From Alkalispirochaeta sp. (GTDB taxonomy: Bacteria > Spirochaetota > Spirochaetia > DSM-27196 > Alkalispirochaetaceae): a stretch of DNA of 64,000 bases. Made by a program: the position numbers and the translations under genes. Location of the stretch: contig OZ271854.1 of the NCBI GenBank assembly GCA_965601925.1, positions 736,001 through 800,000 of the forward strand. The letters run 5' to 3'. The notes under the pieces are model-generated. The model worked only from the letters and a program-made list of their open reading frames with translations. It searched no databases and was not told the origin of the DNA. Below, in pieces: positions 37,325-46,851 of this stretch (positions are counted from its first letter, which is position 1; each line of letters begins with the position of its first letter).

Positions 37325-38953
37325 ATGATTCCCTTGTGGATACCCGCCGTCGCTCCGATACTCGCCGCGGCGGTCTTCTATTACCTCCCGCGAAACGCGA
37401 TGCGCCGCTGTATGCTCGCGTTTCAGCTGGTCCAGGTAGCGCTCGTCACACGCCTCTTGGTTGCAGTACGGGCGAACGGACCGATACGAACGATCATCGC
37501 CGGTTGGCCCGATAGCGTCGGGATTGCACTGGAGGCGGACATCGTCGCGGCGCTTCTGGTGTCTCTGGTCGCGTGGATCTACGTGGCGTTGCTGATCTTT
37601 GCCACGCGTAAGCTGTACGCCGACCGGTTGTTTCAGTTCCTGTTGGGCACGCTCCAGGGCGTATTGGTGGGTATCTTTCTATCCGGCGACCTCTTTAACA
37701 TATACGTACTGTTGGAACTCGCGACGCTCGTTACCGGCATTCTCATCATGTATAAGCGGAGCAAGCAGGCGATATACAACGGCATGATCTACATCATGGT
37801 CAACCTGTCGTCGATGTCGTTCATGCTCATGGGTATCGGCATGCTCTATCGCGTCGTCGGGTCGCTGGATCTGCTCCAGATTGCCGCGGCGGCGCAGACC
37901 GTCGACGGTCGTGCTCTCGTCGTGCCGTACGCTTTTTTGATTACCGCAATCGGGATGAAATCGGCGCTCTTCTTCCTCTTCGGCTGGCTGCCGCCGGCTC
38001 ACGGTGCGCCCAGTGCGCCGTCGATCATATCGGCAATCCTATCGGGCCTACAGATTAACACCGGCATCTATCTGTTCATCCGTATGCAGACGCTCTTCGC
38101 GCACGCGTTGGCAACCGACGAGCTATTTCTGATCGTCGGCACCCTGACCTCCGTCGCCGGCTTTCTGCTCGCCGTCGCACAATCCGATATTAAGTTGACT
38201 CTCGCCTACAGCACTATCTCCCAGGTAGGACTGATTATCGTCGGTCTGACCCTCGCCGATGAGACGGCGTGGTGGGGGGCGGTCTATCACATCGTGAGCC
38301 ACGCCCTGTTCAAGGTGCTCCTCTTTCTGAGCGCCGGGGTGATCGTCCACGTGTATCATACGCGGGAGATATCCGCGATTCGCGGCGTCTTCCGTCGCAT
38401 GCCGCTTGTCGCCGTGGCGATGGCGGCCGGACTCTTGGGAATCACCGGCGCCCCCTACTTCAATGGAAGCGTCAGCAAGTACCTCATCGGGACCGGATGG
38501 CCCGCCGGATTCGGCGAGATCGTCATGCATGTGCTCAACGTGGGAACGGCGCTGTATGCCGTCAAGTTGGCGACGGTGCTCTTCGGGCCCGTATCCGAGA
38601 GTGCACGGCAACCGACAACCGACGGCGCACAGGTACCTCGGCAGCCCGACCCGTTTACTACCTCGGTGTTGTTGATCCTCGGCGGTGCAGTGTTCGTCGG
38701 CGGATTCGCGGCCGGTCCGATCGTGCCGAACCTGCTCGGCGTAGCGCCATCCGTGGACGGCGCCTTCACGACGGCAAAGGCGATAACCTACGCCGCTACC
38801 ATGGTGGGTGCGCTCGTCATATACGCCGCGATCGCCCGCTTCGAGGCCCTACCCGAGCGCGTCCGTCGATTTCACTTCTCCTTTAACGACATGATCGCGG
38901 GAGTGTTACTCTTCTTCGGCATCACGACCGGATACCTGTACTACGCGCTGTAG
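37325..38953 (+). CDS. mrpD: Na+/H+ antiporter subunit D, copy 2 (central Lys replaced by Asn)
   Basis: Colinear end to end with copy 1; SGLQINTG instead of SGLQVKAG. Confidence 0.88.
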   Translation: MIPLWIPAVAPILAAAVFYYLPRNAMRRCMLAFQLVQVALVTRLLVAVRANGPIRTIIAGWPDSVGIALEADIVAALLVSLVAWIYVALLIFATRKLYADRLFQFLLGTLQGVLVGIFLSGDLFNIYVLLELATLVTGILIMYKRSKQAIYNGMIYIMVNLSSMSFMLMGIGMLYRVVGSLDLLQIAAAAQTVDGRALVVPYAFLITAIGMKSALFFLFGWLPPAHGAPSAPSIISAILSGLQINTGIYLFIRMQTLFAHALATDELFLIVGTLTSVAGFLLAVAQSDIKLTLAYSTISQVGLIIVGLTLADETAWWGAVYHIVSHALFKVLLFLSAGVIVHVYHTREISAIRGVFRRMPLVAVAMAAGLLGITGAPYFNGSVSKYLIGTGWPAGFGEIVMHVLNVGTALYAVKLATVLFGPVSESARQPTTDGAQVPRQPDPFTTSVLLILGGAVFVGGFAAGPIVPNLLGVAPSVDGAFTTAKAITYAATMVGALVIYAAIARFEALPERVRRFHFSFNDMIAGVLLFFGITTGYLYYAL

Positions 38954-38980
38954 ATTGTCGTACGTAATCGCGACACGCAT

Positions 38981-39550
38981 CTACGCAAACCGTCCCTGTA
39001 AGAATCGATCGACATGACCTTCCGGATCGATGTCGGGGACTCGGTGCGCCCCGAACGCGCTACGGAGGAGGGTGGAAAACACCAACGGCCCGAACAGCGC
39101 AGTGATGCCGCTCATCGGCGCTTCCGGTCGCAGGACACCCTCGTCTTGGTATCGCCCCAAAAGATCGCCGATCCGTGAAAACACACCGAAGGGCGCCTCC
39201 AACGCGTGCACGAGGTTGGGGACGCGCTCGATCTCGGAGAAGATTACCAGCAATAGTCGGCTGTTGCGTACCGCCGCCGTCCGATACGTCGTCACGACCC
39301 GCGATAGATCGGCGCGGATATCGCCGGTGTACGTCGACGCACTCCGTAACTCGTTCCACGCCGGTAACGCCGCCACCGCCCGTTGTATCAACTCCTCTTT
39401 ACTTCCGTAGCGCCGAAAGAGCGTCACTTCGCTCATATCGGCCGCAGCCGCCATATGAGCGGTCGTCGCTCCGGTATACCCCCGCTCCGCTACAACCCCA
39501 ACTACGGCAGCATAGACCGCCTCGTCGGCAATAATCTTCGGCACTTCCAC
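38981..39550 (-). CDS. TetR/AcrR family regulator
   Basis: GYTGATT..MA..A.MSEVTLFRRYGSKEEL. Confidence 0.9.
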   Translation of the reverse strand: MEVPKIIADEAVYAAVVGVVAERGYTGATTAHMAAAADMSEVTLFRRYGSKEELIQRAVAALPAWNELRSASTYTGDIRADLSRVVTTYRTAAVRNSRLLLVIFSEIERVPNLVHALEAPFGVFSRIGDLLGRYQDEGVLRPEAPMSGITALFGPLVFSTLLRSAFGAHRVPDIDPEGHVDRFLQGRFA

Positions 39551-39571
39551 CCCCTTCTTTCATCGTATCAT

Positions 39572-39630
39572 ATGAAAGTATTGACTTACAATAAAGCACC
39601 GCCTATGCTTATGTTAGTAATTACTAACAT
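39572..39630. promoter_or_regulatory. Divergent promoter with two TetR-type operators
   Basis: Perfect 20-bp palindrome ATGTTAGTAATTACTAACAT (39611-39630), 14/20 copy at 39572-39591, TTGACT-17-TATGCT. Confidence 0.8.
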
Positions 39631-39642
39631 TAGGAGGTCGCT

Positions 39643-40626
39643 ATGAAGGTGCTCAGTACCGTAAAACATGCGATTCAGTCGCAGATCATCAAGGTTCCGC
39701 TGGCGATCATGGACGGTGTAGAGCGAAGGACGCGAGAGGCGCCCGGCTCTATTCACGGCACTGAGGACTCACCCATGCGGTTCGATATCCTCCGAGAGGG
39801 GATGCGGCTGGAGGAGGAGCACCCGCCGGTCGCGGGGTTTCCTCGTACCGTTCCCCATATCATGGGAAGCATGCGGAACATCGTGAAATCGGTCGCCGAT
39901 TTTCGCAAAAATCCCGAGCGCGGGCGAACGACGATCGATCCCGAAGAGCTGAAGGAGTTGCGTACGTTTGCAAAAACGGTGGGGGCGGATACGGTCGGCT
40001 TCGCGAGGGTACCCCGTGAGTGGGTGTTTCGGAACACCGCAGTGCTGTACGATCGCGCCGTCGTGCTTGTGATGGAGATGGATAAACGGCGTATGGCCAA
40101 AGCGCCGAACCCGGACACGGCCGTCATGGTGCACGAAACTTACAACGCCCTGGGGCAAACCTCCAACAAAGTGGCCAACTGGCTACGCGAGCGCGGCTTT
40201 CGAACCCACGCCGGCCACCCCCTCTCGGGCATGGCACTCTATCCGCCGATGGCCGCCGCCGCGGGACTCGGCGCGCGGAGCTTAGCCGGCCTCCTCATCA
40301 CTCCTGAGTTCGGCCCGCGTGTCCGCCTCGCGGCCGTATTCACCGAGATCGAGAACCTGCCGGTCTATCAGGGCGACGATCACGACTGGATCATGGACTT
40401 CTGTAAACGGTGCGGTATCTGCGTCAAACAATGCCCGGCGGGAGCGATATTCGACGATCCGGTTCCGCACAAGAACGGGTTGTTCACCTGCGTCGACGAC
40501 GGAGAGTGCTTTCGTTACTTCGCCACGAACCACGGGTGCTCGGTGTGTATCAAAGTATGTCCGTTCAACAACCGCCCATACAACGAGTTGAAGGCTGCGT
40601 TCGAAAAGCACGGTGAGCAACGATAG
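39643..40626 (+). CDS. Reductive dehalogenase/QueG-like cobalamin-2x[4Fe-4S] protein, no Tat signal
   Basis: AKTVGADTVG, AAAAGLG..S..GLLITPEFGPRVRL, FCKRCGICVKQCP and C-x8-CSVCIKVCPF. Confidence 0.8.
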   Translation: MKVLSTVKHAIQSQIIKVPLAIMDGVERRTREAPGSIHGTEDSPMRFDILREGMRLEEEHPPVAGFPRTVPHIMGSMRNIVKSVADFRKNPERGRTTIDPEELKELRTFAKTVGADTVGFARVPREWVFRNTAVLYDRAVVLVMEMDKRRMAKAPNPDTAVMVHETYNALGQTSNKVANWLRERGFRTHAGHPLSGMALYPPMAAAAGLGARSLAGLLITPEFGPRVRLAAVFTEIENLPVYQGDDHDWIMDFCKRCGICVKQCPAGAIFDDPVPHKNGLFTCVDDGECFRYFATNHGCSVCIKVCPFNNRPYNELKAAFEKHGEQR

Positions 40627-40947
40627 GAGTCATACTCGCCGGAGTCGAGCGCTCGCCCACCGAGGCGAAGCGTGCCTCGTCCTCGCACCGACTTCGGCCT
40701 CGTTCAGTCCACAATCCGACGACCGTCGTCTTTTCGCGTTCGATCGAAACCGCGCGATACCGGCGCGATCCGTGAACATCTTCTTCCGTACGTAACCCTT
40801 GACGGAACGGAGTGTCCGGACGTCACGCTCATCCGTGCGCAGGCCGTGGAGGACGAGTTCACGCACGTCCGTCCACCGCGCGTACTCACAGCGGAATCGC
40901 AACAACGGTCAAGACGAAGGCGCGTAACGGTAGTACTTTTGCATTAG

Positions 40948-41883
40948 ATGGCGATCACATTTCGGACCGTGTTGGCCCTCCTCGCGGAAGTCCAACGAGA
41001 CGTGCGAAGGAGAACCGACCTCAAGACGCTCGCCGAACGCGCCTCTCGCACGCCGACTCATTTCCAACGCGTCTTTCGCGCGATGATCGGCGAGAGCGCC
41101 AAAACGATCGTCGCACGGACCGCGATGGAACGCGCCGCAGCGGCGCTCCTTACGACCGACGCGTCGATCCTGGAGGTGGCGTTGGACAGCGGGTTCGAGA
41201 GTCACGAGGGATTCACCCGCGCATTTCGACGCCATTTCGGACAAAGCCCGGCTCAGTACCGACGGCGCGGATTCCGCGGCGTCGGAAACGAGAAGCTCGC
41301 GGGAGACCGCGCCGTGCGGCATCGCGATATCGCGGGTGCCGTAGCGCCGTGTCTCGGCCTCTTCCGCACGTCGATTTCGAAACGAATTTCAAGGACTACC
41401 CACGACAGGAGGATCCTAATGGAATACACGATCGAAAAGAAACACATTCCCGAGACGCACGTCCTCGTTATGCGCAAACGCACGTCACCCGACGGTATCG
41501 CGGATACGCTGGCGGAGGTGCTGCCGCAGGTCTTCACATATGCGACCGGCAAGGGTGTGCCGCTCGCGGGTCCGCCCTTTTGTCGCTACCGCGACTGGAA
41601 CGCGAGTGGCGTCACCGTCGAGGCGGGGCTACCGGTGGGGGCACCGGCAGAGGGTGCGGGCGATATCGTCGGAGATACGATTCCGGCCGGAACCGTCGCC
41701 TCGACGATTCACATCGGCCCGTACGACACCCTCAACGAGGCGTATGCGGCGGTCGAAGCGTGGATGAAGAGACACACCCTGACGGCCGCCGACGATCCGC
41801 ACGAAGTCTACCTCACCGATCCGGGACAAGTGCCGGACCCCGCGCAGTGGCGGACTGAGATAGTGTGGCCGTTGGCGGAGTAG
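40948..41883 (+). CDS. AraC family regulator with GyrI-like effector domain
   Basis: HFQRVF, VALDSGFESHEGFTRAFRRHFG.SP..YR; HIGPYDTL, EVYLTDP. Confidence 0.9.
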   Translation: MAITFRTVLALLAEVQRDVRRRTDLKTLAERASRTPTHFQRVFRAMIGESAKTIVARTAMERAAAALLTTDASILEVALDSGFESHEGFTRAFRRHFGQSPAQYRRRGFRGVGNEKLAGDRAVRHRDIAGAVAPCLGLFRTSISKRISRTTHDRRILMEYTIEKKHIPETHVLVMRKRTSPDGIADTLAEVLPQVFTYATGKGVPLAGPPFCRYRDWNASGVTVEAGLPVGAPAEGAGDIVGDTIPAGTVASTIHIGPYDTLNEAYAAVEAWMKRHTLTAADDPHEVYLTDPGQVPDPAQWRTEIVWPLAE

Positions 41884-41979
41884 CGGCGGTGGGACCGACG
41901 CCATCATCCCGACCGACCCGCGAGAAGGTCGGCCGGCTGCGACCGATACGATAGGTCGCCGCATGGTGGACGTCTACTC

Positions 41980-43350
41980 TTAGGCCGCCTCGACGGGTCG
42001 GGCGTTCATCACGGTTCGCAACGTGGCGCGATACCACAGGTGCGCGACGAGTCCGGAGATGAGATTCGCGACGGCCAGTCCGAAGAAGATACCGGCGACG
42101 GCAAAGAAGCGCTCCCCTATCACGGCAAGAGGGATCGCCAGAGCGAACATGCGAATGAGCGACAGTGCGGCGGCGGGCATCGGCCTGCCGAGGGCGCTGA
42201 ACGCCGTATTGACGAGGAGCATAGTGCTTTGACCGGCGTAGGACGCGCCGACGATCAGGAGATACAGGACCGTTACGCGGGTGATGCCCGGCTCGCCCCT
42301 GTTGAAGAGCGCCGCGATGGGCTCGGCGGCAAAGAGAAAGAGCACCAATATCAACGCGCTCCACACGATCGAATAGAGCGTCGCGTACCGCATACCTTGT
42401 TGGGCGCGCTCCGGCTTTCCGGCGCCGATGTTCTGCCCGGTGAATGGGCCGATGACGGCGCCGAGCGCCATAACGAATGTGAGGGCGAACATCTCTATTC
42501 TCGAGGCCACTCCGTAGCCTGCAACCGCCTCGGGACCGTGTGAAGCGACCAGACGCGTCAAGACGCCGATCGAAACGGGGATGATTACGTTCGTCGCGGC
42601 GGCGGGAAGCCCGACGAAGAGTACGCGCCGCCACGAGTCCACTACCTCTTCGACCGTCGGAGCGGCGAGCGTTATCATCTTTTGCTTCACGGATAAGATG
42701 ACGAGCGAGACGACCAGGGTCGTCGCTCGCGCCAAAACGGTCGCAAAAGCGGCGCCGAAGAGACCCCACTCGGGGAACGGACCGATGCCGAAGATGAACA
42801 GCGGATCAAGCACGAGATTCACCAAGACGGCGACGAGCATGACCACCGACGGGGTGAGGGTGTCGCCGGTGGAGCGGATCGCGTTATTCCCTACCATGGG
42901 AATGACGACGAACGGTACGCCGATGTACCACATAACCATGTACCGCCGGATGAGGGGTATCAGCCGGGTGTCGGCGCCCAGGGCGCGAAAGAGAGGATCG
43001 ATGGTGAGAATACCGACGACCACCACGACCGCTACGATCAGCACCGACAACACCAACGCGTCGGTCGTGAGACGTTGGACATCTCGCTTGTTACCCTGAC
43101 CGATCGCGCGCGAGACGACCGAAGAGGTTCCGATACCGAGTCCCAACGCGATGCTTTGGACGACAAGCACGACCGGAAACGTGAAACTCATCGCCGCAAG
43201 CTCGTCGCCGCCCAACCTGCCGACAAAGTACGTGTCGACGAGGTTGAACATCACCATGCCGAGCATACCGAGGATCATGAATCCGGTGAGGGTGAGGATC
43301 GTCGGGCCGATGGAACCGGCAACGAACCGGTCGCGCCGCGGTTGTGTCAT
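41980..43350 (-). CDS. MATE family efflux transporter
   Basis: NLVDTYFVGRLG, RSTGDT..P, NLVLDPLFIFG, GAAFAT. Confidence 0.92.
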   Translation of the reverse strand: MTQPRRDRFVAGSIGPTILTLTGFMILGMLGMVMFNLVDTYFVGRLGGDELAAMSFTFPVVLVVQSIALGLGIGTSSVVSRAIGQGNKRDVQRLTTDALVLSVLIVAVVVVVGILTIDPLFRALGADTRLIPLIRRYMVMWYIGVPFVVIPMVGNNAIRSTGDTLTPSVVMLVAVLVNLVLDPLFIFGIGPFPEWGLFGAAFATVLARATTLVVSLVILSVKQKMITLAAPTVEEVVDSWRRVLFVGLPAAATNVIIPVSIGVLTRLVASHGPEAVAGYGVASRIEMFALTFVMALGAVIGPFTGQNIGAGKPERAQQGMRYATLYSIVWSALILVLFLFAAEPIAALFNRGEPGITRVTVLYLLIVGASYAGQSTMLLVNTAFSALGRPMPAAALSLIRMFALAIPLAVIGERFFAVAGIFFGLAVANLISGLVAHLWYRATLRTVMNARPVEAA

Positions 43351-43360
43351 GGGATCTCCT

Positions 43361-43801
43361 TTACAGTAATGCGACGATATGCGCGTGAATCGTTTCTACG
43401 ATCCGTTTGGCGTCGGCTTGTTCCTCCGGAGAGAGCGCCCGGGCGATGGAGTCCTCAAGCTCGCGTCGAAACCGGCGTATTGCCGGCAGCAACCGGTCGG
43501 CCGCCTCGGTCGTGTGTAACCGGCTTACTCGTGCATCGGCGACATCCCGCACGCGACGCACCAGCCCGGCGCGCTCCATACGCCGAATCATCTTGGCGAC
43601 GGTAGGCTGCCGAACGCCCGCCACTTCCGCGAGCTGCACTTGGGTCATACCGGGCGTCTCGTGCAAGCGCTGGATGATCGTGTGTTGACCGGGATGGAGT
43701 CCGAGGCGCGCCAACCGCTCGGAAGCAAGATGCCGCATATCGCGACACAGCATCGCAAGAGCAAAACTTAAGCTTTCGTCCCACGCTTCGGTATCGTCCA
43801 T
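43361..43801 (-). CDS. MarR family regulator
   Basis: TQVQLAE...VRQPTV..MIRRMERAGLVRR..D..DAR. Confidence 0.92.
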   Translation of the reverse strand: MDDTEAWDESLSFALAMLCRDMRHLASERLARLGLHPGQHTIIQRLHETPGMTQVQLAEVAGVRQPTVAKMIRRMERAGLVRRVRDVADARVSRLHTTEAADRLLPAIRRFRRELEDSIARALSPEEQADAKRIVETIHAHIVALL

Positions 43802-43810
43802 ACAGTCGCC

Positions 43811-43856
43811 ATTATATAGCCGGCTATATAATAGTTACCCGTAACCGCCACGTCAA
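43811..43856 (-). promoter_or_regulatory. marR-MATE promoter with perfect 22-bp operator
   Basis: ATTATATAGCCGGCTATATAAT (43811-43832) overlapping the -10 of TTGACG-17-TATTAT. Confidence 0.85.
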
Positions 43857-43940
43857 ACACGTCGTACTCCTCTGCCGCCGTGGGTGGTGATAAACGCAGC
43901 GGTGTTCCACGGCGCGAACGGTTCACCCGGTTCGACGCCC

Positions 43941-45365
43941 CTACGGAATGAAGTTCATCGCATGGACGCCGCGAACCACCGGCAGCCGGACGGCCGTGCG
44001 CTCCAGACGCGGCCGGCTCCCGTCGCGCGCTACGTTCCAGAACTCGATAGCACCGGGCCCCATGGGATCTTCGTGGTCGTTGTAGATCACGACCGCCAAG
44101 GAATCTCCGTCGGCGTCAAACATCGCCGCCTCCGGTAGAGCGCCCTCGAACCCGTACTCGTCGGTCACCCACGTCAGCTCACCGGTATCGCGATCGAAGG
44201 TCAAGAGAGACAGTGAGTTCATCCGCGCTCCGGGCCAGAACGAGAGGACGTCAGGGAGGTAGGTACGTCCCATGTTAACGGTCACGACGAGGTCCTCGGC
44301 TGCGTTTACGGCGAAGCTCTCCGCACTCTGACCGACGGGAATCCGCGAGACCAACTCGTGCGCCGCCGCATCGCTCCGGTCGAAGCGGATGGACCACATC
44401 TCGCTGGGCGGATTAATGAGATTTCTCAGAGGCGGCGGAAATCGGTCCCAGTTGATCTCGGCGGTGAGGTAAAACCGTCCGTCGGCGGTAAATTGGCCGT
44501 AGGTGACGGTATATCCGCCGGTAATACGCTCGCCGTGAGGTTCTATCGATATCCCCTCCTCGCCGTTGCGACGTACCCGGTAGAACAGAACCTCCCCTGC
44601 GTTGATCCCGACGGCGAGGAAGTCGCCGGACGGATGCCAAAAGACCGAACTCACCTCTCGGGCCGGCTCGCCGGCCGCGTCGAAAACGGGGAAAAAGCTG
44701 AACGTCGCGGGGTCGTCGAGCGTCGCAGTCGGCAACACGGCCAACTGGCGGCCTACCTCCGTACCGCCGACCGCGAGATACGCTCCGTCGGAGCTCACGG
44801 CGATGTGCGATACCCCGTCCGCAACCTCCACGGTCATAACGTCGGCCGCCTCAACACCGGCGCCGATATCGACGACCGTCAGCGTCCGCCCCGGTGGGAA
44901 CTGATCGATCGGAAGCACCTCCACCGCGTCGTCGATTCGTCCCGCCGTCTCCACCACGTAGATCGTCTCACCGTTCGGGGAAACGGCGATGATCTGCGGC
45001 CACGATGTTACCGAGTTGGACGCCGGTATCTGCGCTACGCGAGCATTTGTATCGACAAGGGGCAGCTCGATCACCGAGAGGGTGTCCTCGTCGCCGGGAA
45101 CCTGGCGTAGCAGACCGTCGGCGTACGCCGCCGCGATCATGTCCGCGTCCGACGCGGCGAGAAGATAGCGCCCGTCAAATCGAGTCGTCTCGGCGATAAC
45201 GGGAGCCGAGGAAGCACGCCGAAGATTGACCGCCGCAACGGCAACGGTGCTGACGAAAACGAGCAACACAACGACGACGAGCCCCGCCGGCACGGCGAGG
45301 ATGATCAGCAATCGGCGGCGAGCCGTCCACTTCTTCGGTGTCGATTCTACGGAATAGTGATCCAC
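43941..45365 (-). CDS. Membrane-anchored beta-propeller (lactonase-like) protein
   Basis: GTG after GGAGGA; TM anchor; repeats VSPNGETIYV, VSSDGAYLAV, WHPSGDFLAV, FTADGRFYL, FDADGDSLAV. Confidence 0.8.
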   Translation of the reverse strand: MDHYSVESTPKKWTARRRLLIILAVPAGLVVVVLLVFVSTVAVAAVNLRRASSAPVIAETTRFDGRYLLAASDADMIAAAYADGLLRQVPGDEDTLSVIELPLVDTNARVAQIPASNSVTSWPQIIAVSPNGETIYVVETAGRIDDAVEVLPIDQFPPGRTLTVVDIGAGVEAADVMTVEVADGVSHIAVSSDGAYLAVGGTEVGRQLAVLPTATLDDPATFSFFPVFDAAGEPAREVSSVFWHPSGDFLAVGINAGEVLFYRVRRNGEEGISIEPHGERITGGYTVTYGQFTADGRFYLTAEINWDRFPPPLRNLINPPSEMWSIRFDRSDAAAHELVSRIPVGQSAESFAVNAAEDLVVTVNMGRTYLPDVLSFWPGARMNSLSLLTFDRDTGELTWVTDEYGFEGALPEAAMFDADGDSLAVVIYNDHEDPMGPGAIEFWNVARDGSRPRLERTAVRLPVVRGVHAMNFIP

Positions 45366-45576
45366 GATGGTCCTCCACAAACGTAATGGTACCGGCAGTG
45401 TACGCATCGCTCGTACATGTCGGCCTCCGCCGGAGTATAGATTTTGCCGCCCGCCGGGATGACGGCGGTGTGCTACGATCGCCGTATATCGCACGGCGCA
45501 TAGACGTTCTATCGCAGGACGCATGACGCGGCGTGATGATGCGTGTTACGTTCCAGTCGGTCGCCGGTGAGTACCA

Positions 45577-46836
45577 ATGAAGAAAAACCGAGTATCCGTC
45601 GATGCTCCGACGTACGCTGCGGAGTCGGCCTCCGGCAGGCTTCGACTCACGACATCGGGAAGCATTACCGCGCTGTTGGGGATCGTGTGTGTAGCCGCCC
45701 TCCTCTTGAACGCTGTCGGTTCCCACGAGGCGGTGCGCCTCAGAGATCCGATCCTCGCATCGTTGGCAGTAATCGTGCTTCTGATCCTCGATCGATTCGT
45801 CGAAGGTCGCTACGGCGCTCGTCCCTCACGTACCGTCGGAGCGATTGCGGTGGCGGCACACGCGCTACTGGTGGAGGCGGTCACGTGGACCGACGGCCTG
45901 ACCTATACGCTCGTTCTCTATCTGACGCTCCCGTTTCCCGCTTTTTTTCTGCTCGGCAAGCGCGTAGGTATCGCGATGAGCGCCGGTCTATTCTCGTGGT
46001 TCACCCTAAAGTTCGCGCTCTTCAAGCCCGGTTGGATGAGCGATCCGGCGACGATGAACACGTACCTCCTCTTTTGTATCTGTCTGGCCGTCATCACCGC
46101 AATGGCGCTCGTCGTCCGCCGAGAGCGACGGCATCGAATGCGGACCGAGGAGTTGTTGCGCGAGCTCGAGGCGTCCCATACAACACTTGAACAGTATGCG
46201 GGCCGAGTCGCCGAGCTGGCAAAGACAGAAGAACGCAACCGTTTAGCGAGGGACATACACGACAGCATCGGGCATTATCTCACCGTGGTCGGTGTCCAGC
46301 TGGAGAAGGCGCTCGCCGTCGCCGCGGAGAGCCCGGACGAGGCGCTTGAGGCGATTCGGACCGCGAAGCGGCTCAATGACATTGCGTTAACCGATGTTCG
46401 CCGCTCGGTCGGCACCCTCCGCACGAGCGCTGCACCGTTCAAGCTGCGCCCCGCCCTGGAGACGCTGATCGCGGATCTGGAGGGGCTTCCGTTTCGCGCG
46501 GAGTTGGAGTTCGACGGCGACGAAAACCGTCTGTCGACGCAAGAGCTCATCGCGCTCTACCGTTCGGCACAGGAAGGGCTGACGAATGTCCAAAAGCACG
46601 CACGCGCCGACAACGTGCGCATCGCGGTGAAGGTAGGACAAGAGAGCGCAACGCTCTCGGTCGACGACGACGGGATCGGATTCTCTGCAACGGGGCGTGT
46701 GGGCGGCGGTTTCGGACTCCAGGGAGTACGCGAACGGTTGGAGACGCTCAGCGGTCGTCTCACGGTATCGAAGAGCGCTCTGGGCGGCATGCGGATGCAC
46801 GCCGTCATTCCGCGCATCAACCGATCCGGTACATGA
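45577..46836 (+). CDS. Membrane sensor histidine kinase (HisKA_3)
   Basis: EERNRLARDIHDSIGH, QEGLTNVQKHA, DDGIGF, GFGLQGVRER. Confidence 0.93.
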   Translation: MKKNRVSVDAPTYAAESASGRLRLTTSGSITALLGIVCVAALLLNAVGSHEAVRLRDPILASLAVIVLLILDRFVEGRYGARPSRTVGAIAVAAHALLVEAVTWTDGLTYTLVLYLTLPFPAFFLLGKRVGIAMSAGLFSWFTLKFALFKPGWMSDPATMNTYLLFCICLAVITAMALVVRRERRHRMRTEELLRELEASHTTLEQYAGRVAELAKTEERNRLARDIHDSIGHYLTVVGVQLEKALAVAAESPDEALEAIRTAKRLNDIALTDVRRSVGTLRTSAAPFKLRPALETLIADLEGLPFRAELEFDGDENRLSTQELIALYRSAQEGLTNVQKHARADNVRIAVKVGQESATLSVDDDGIGFSATGRVGGGFGLQGVRERLETLSGRLTVSKSALGGMRMHAVIPRINRSGT

Positions 46837-46851
46837 AGGAGGCGAGTCGGA

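Noticed and set aside
32930..38953. Membrane-bound hydrogenase or complex I
   Set aside because: No NiFe, Fe-S or NuoH-like subunits adjacent
40630..40905. 91-aa minus ORF with faint isochorismatase-like stretch (VRELVLHGLRTDE)
   Set aside because: No RBS, catalytic Cys absent, rest is Arg-rich noise; cannot support
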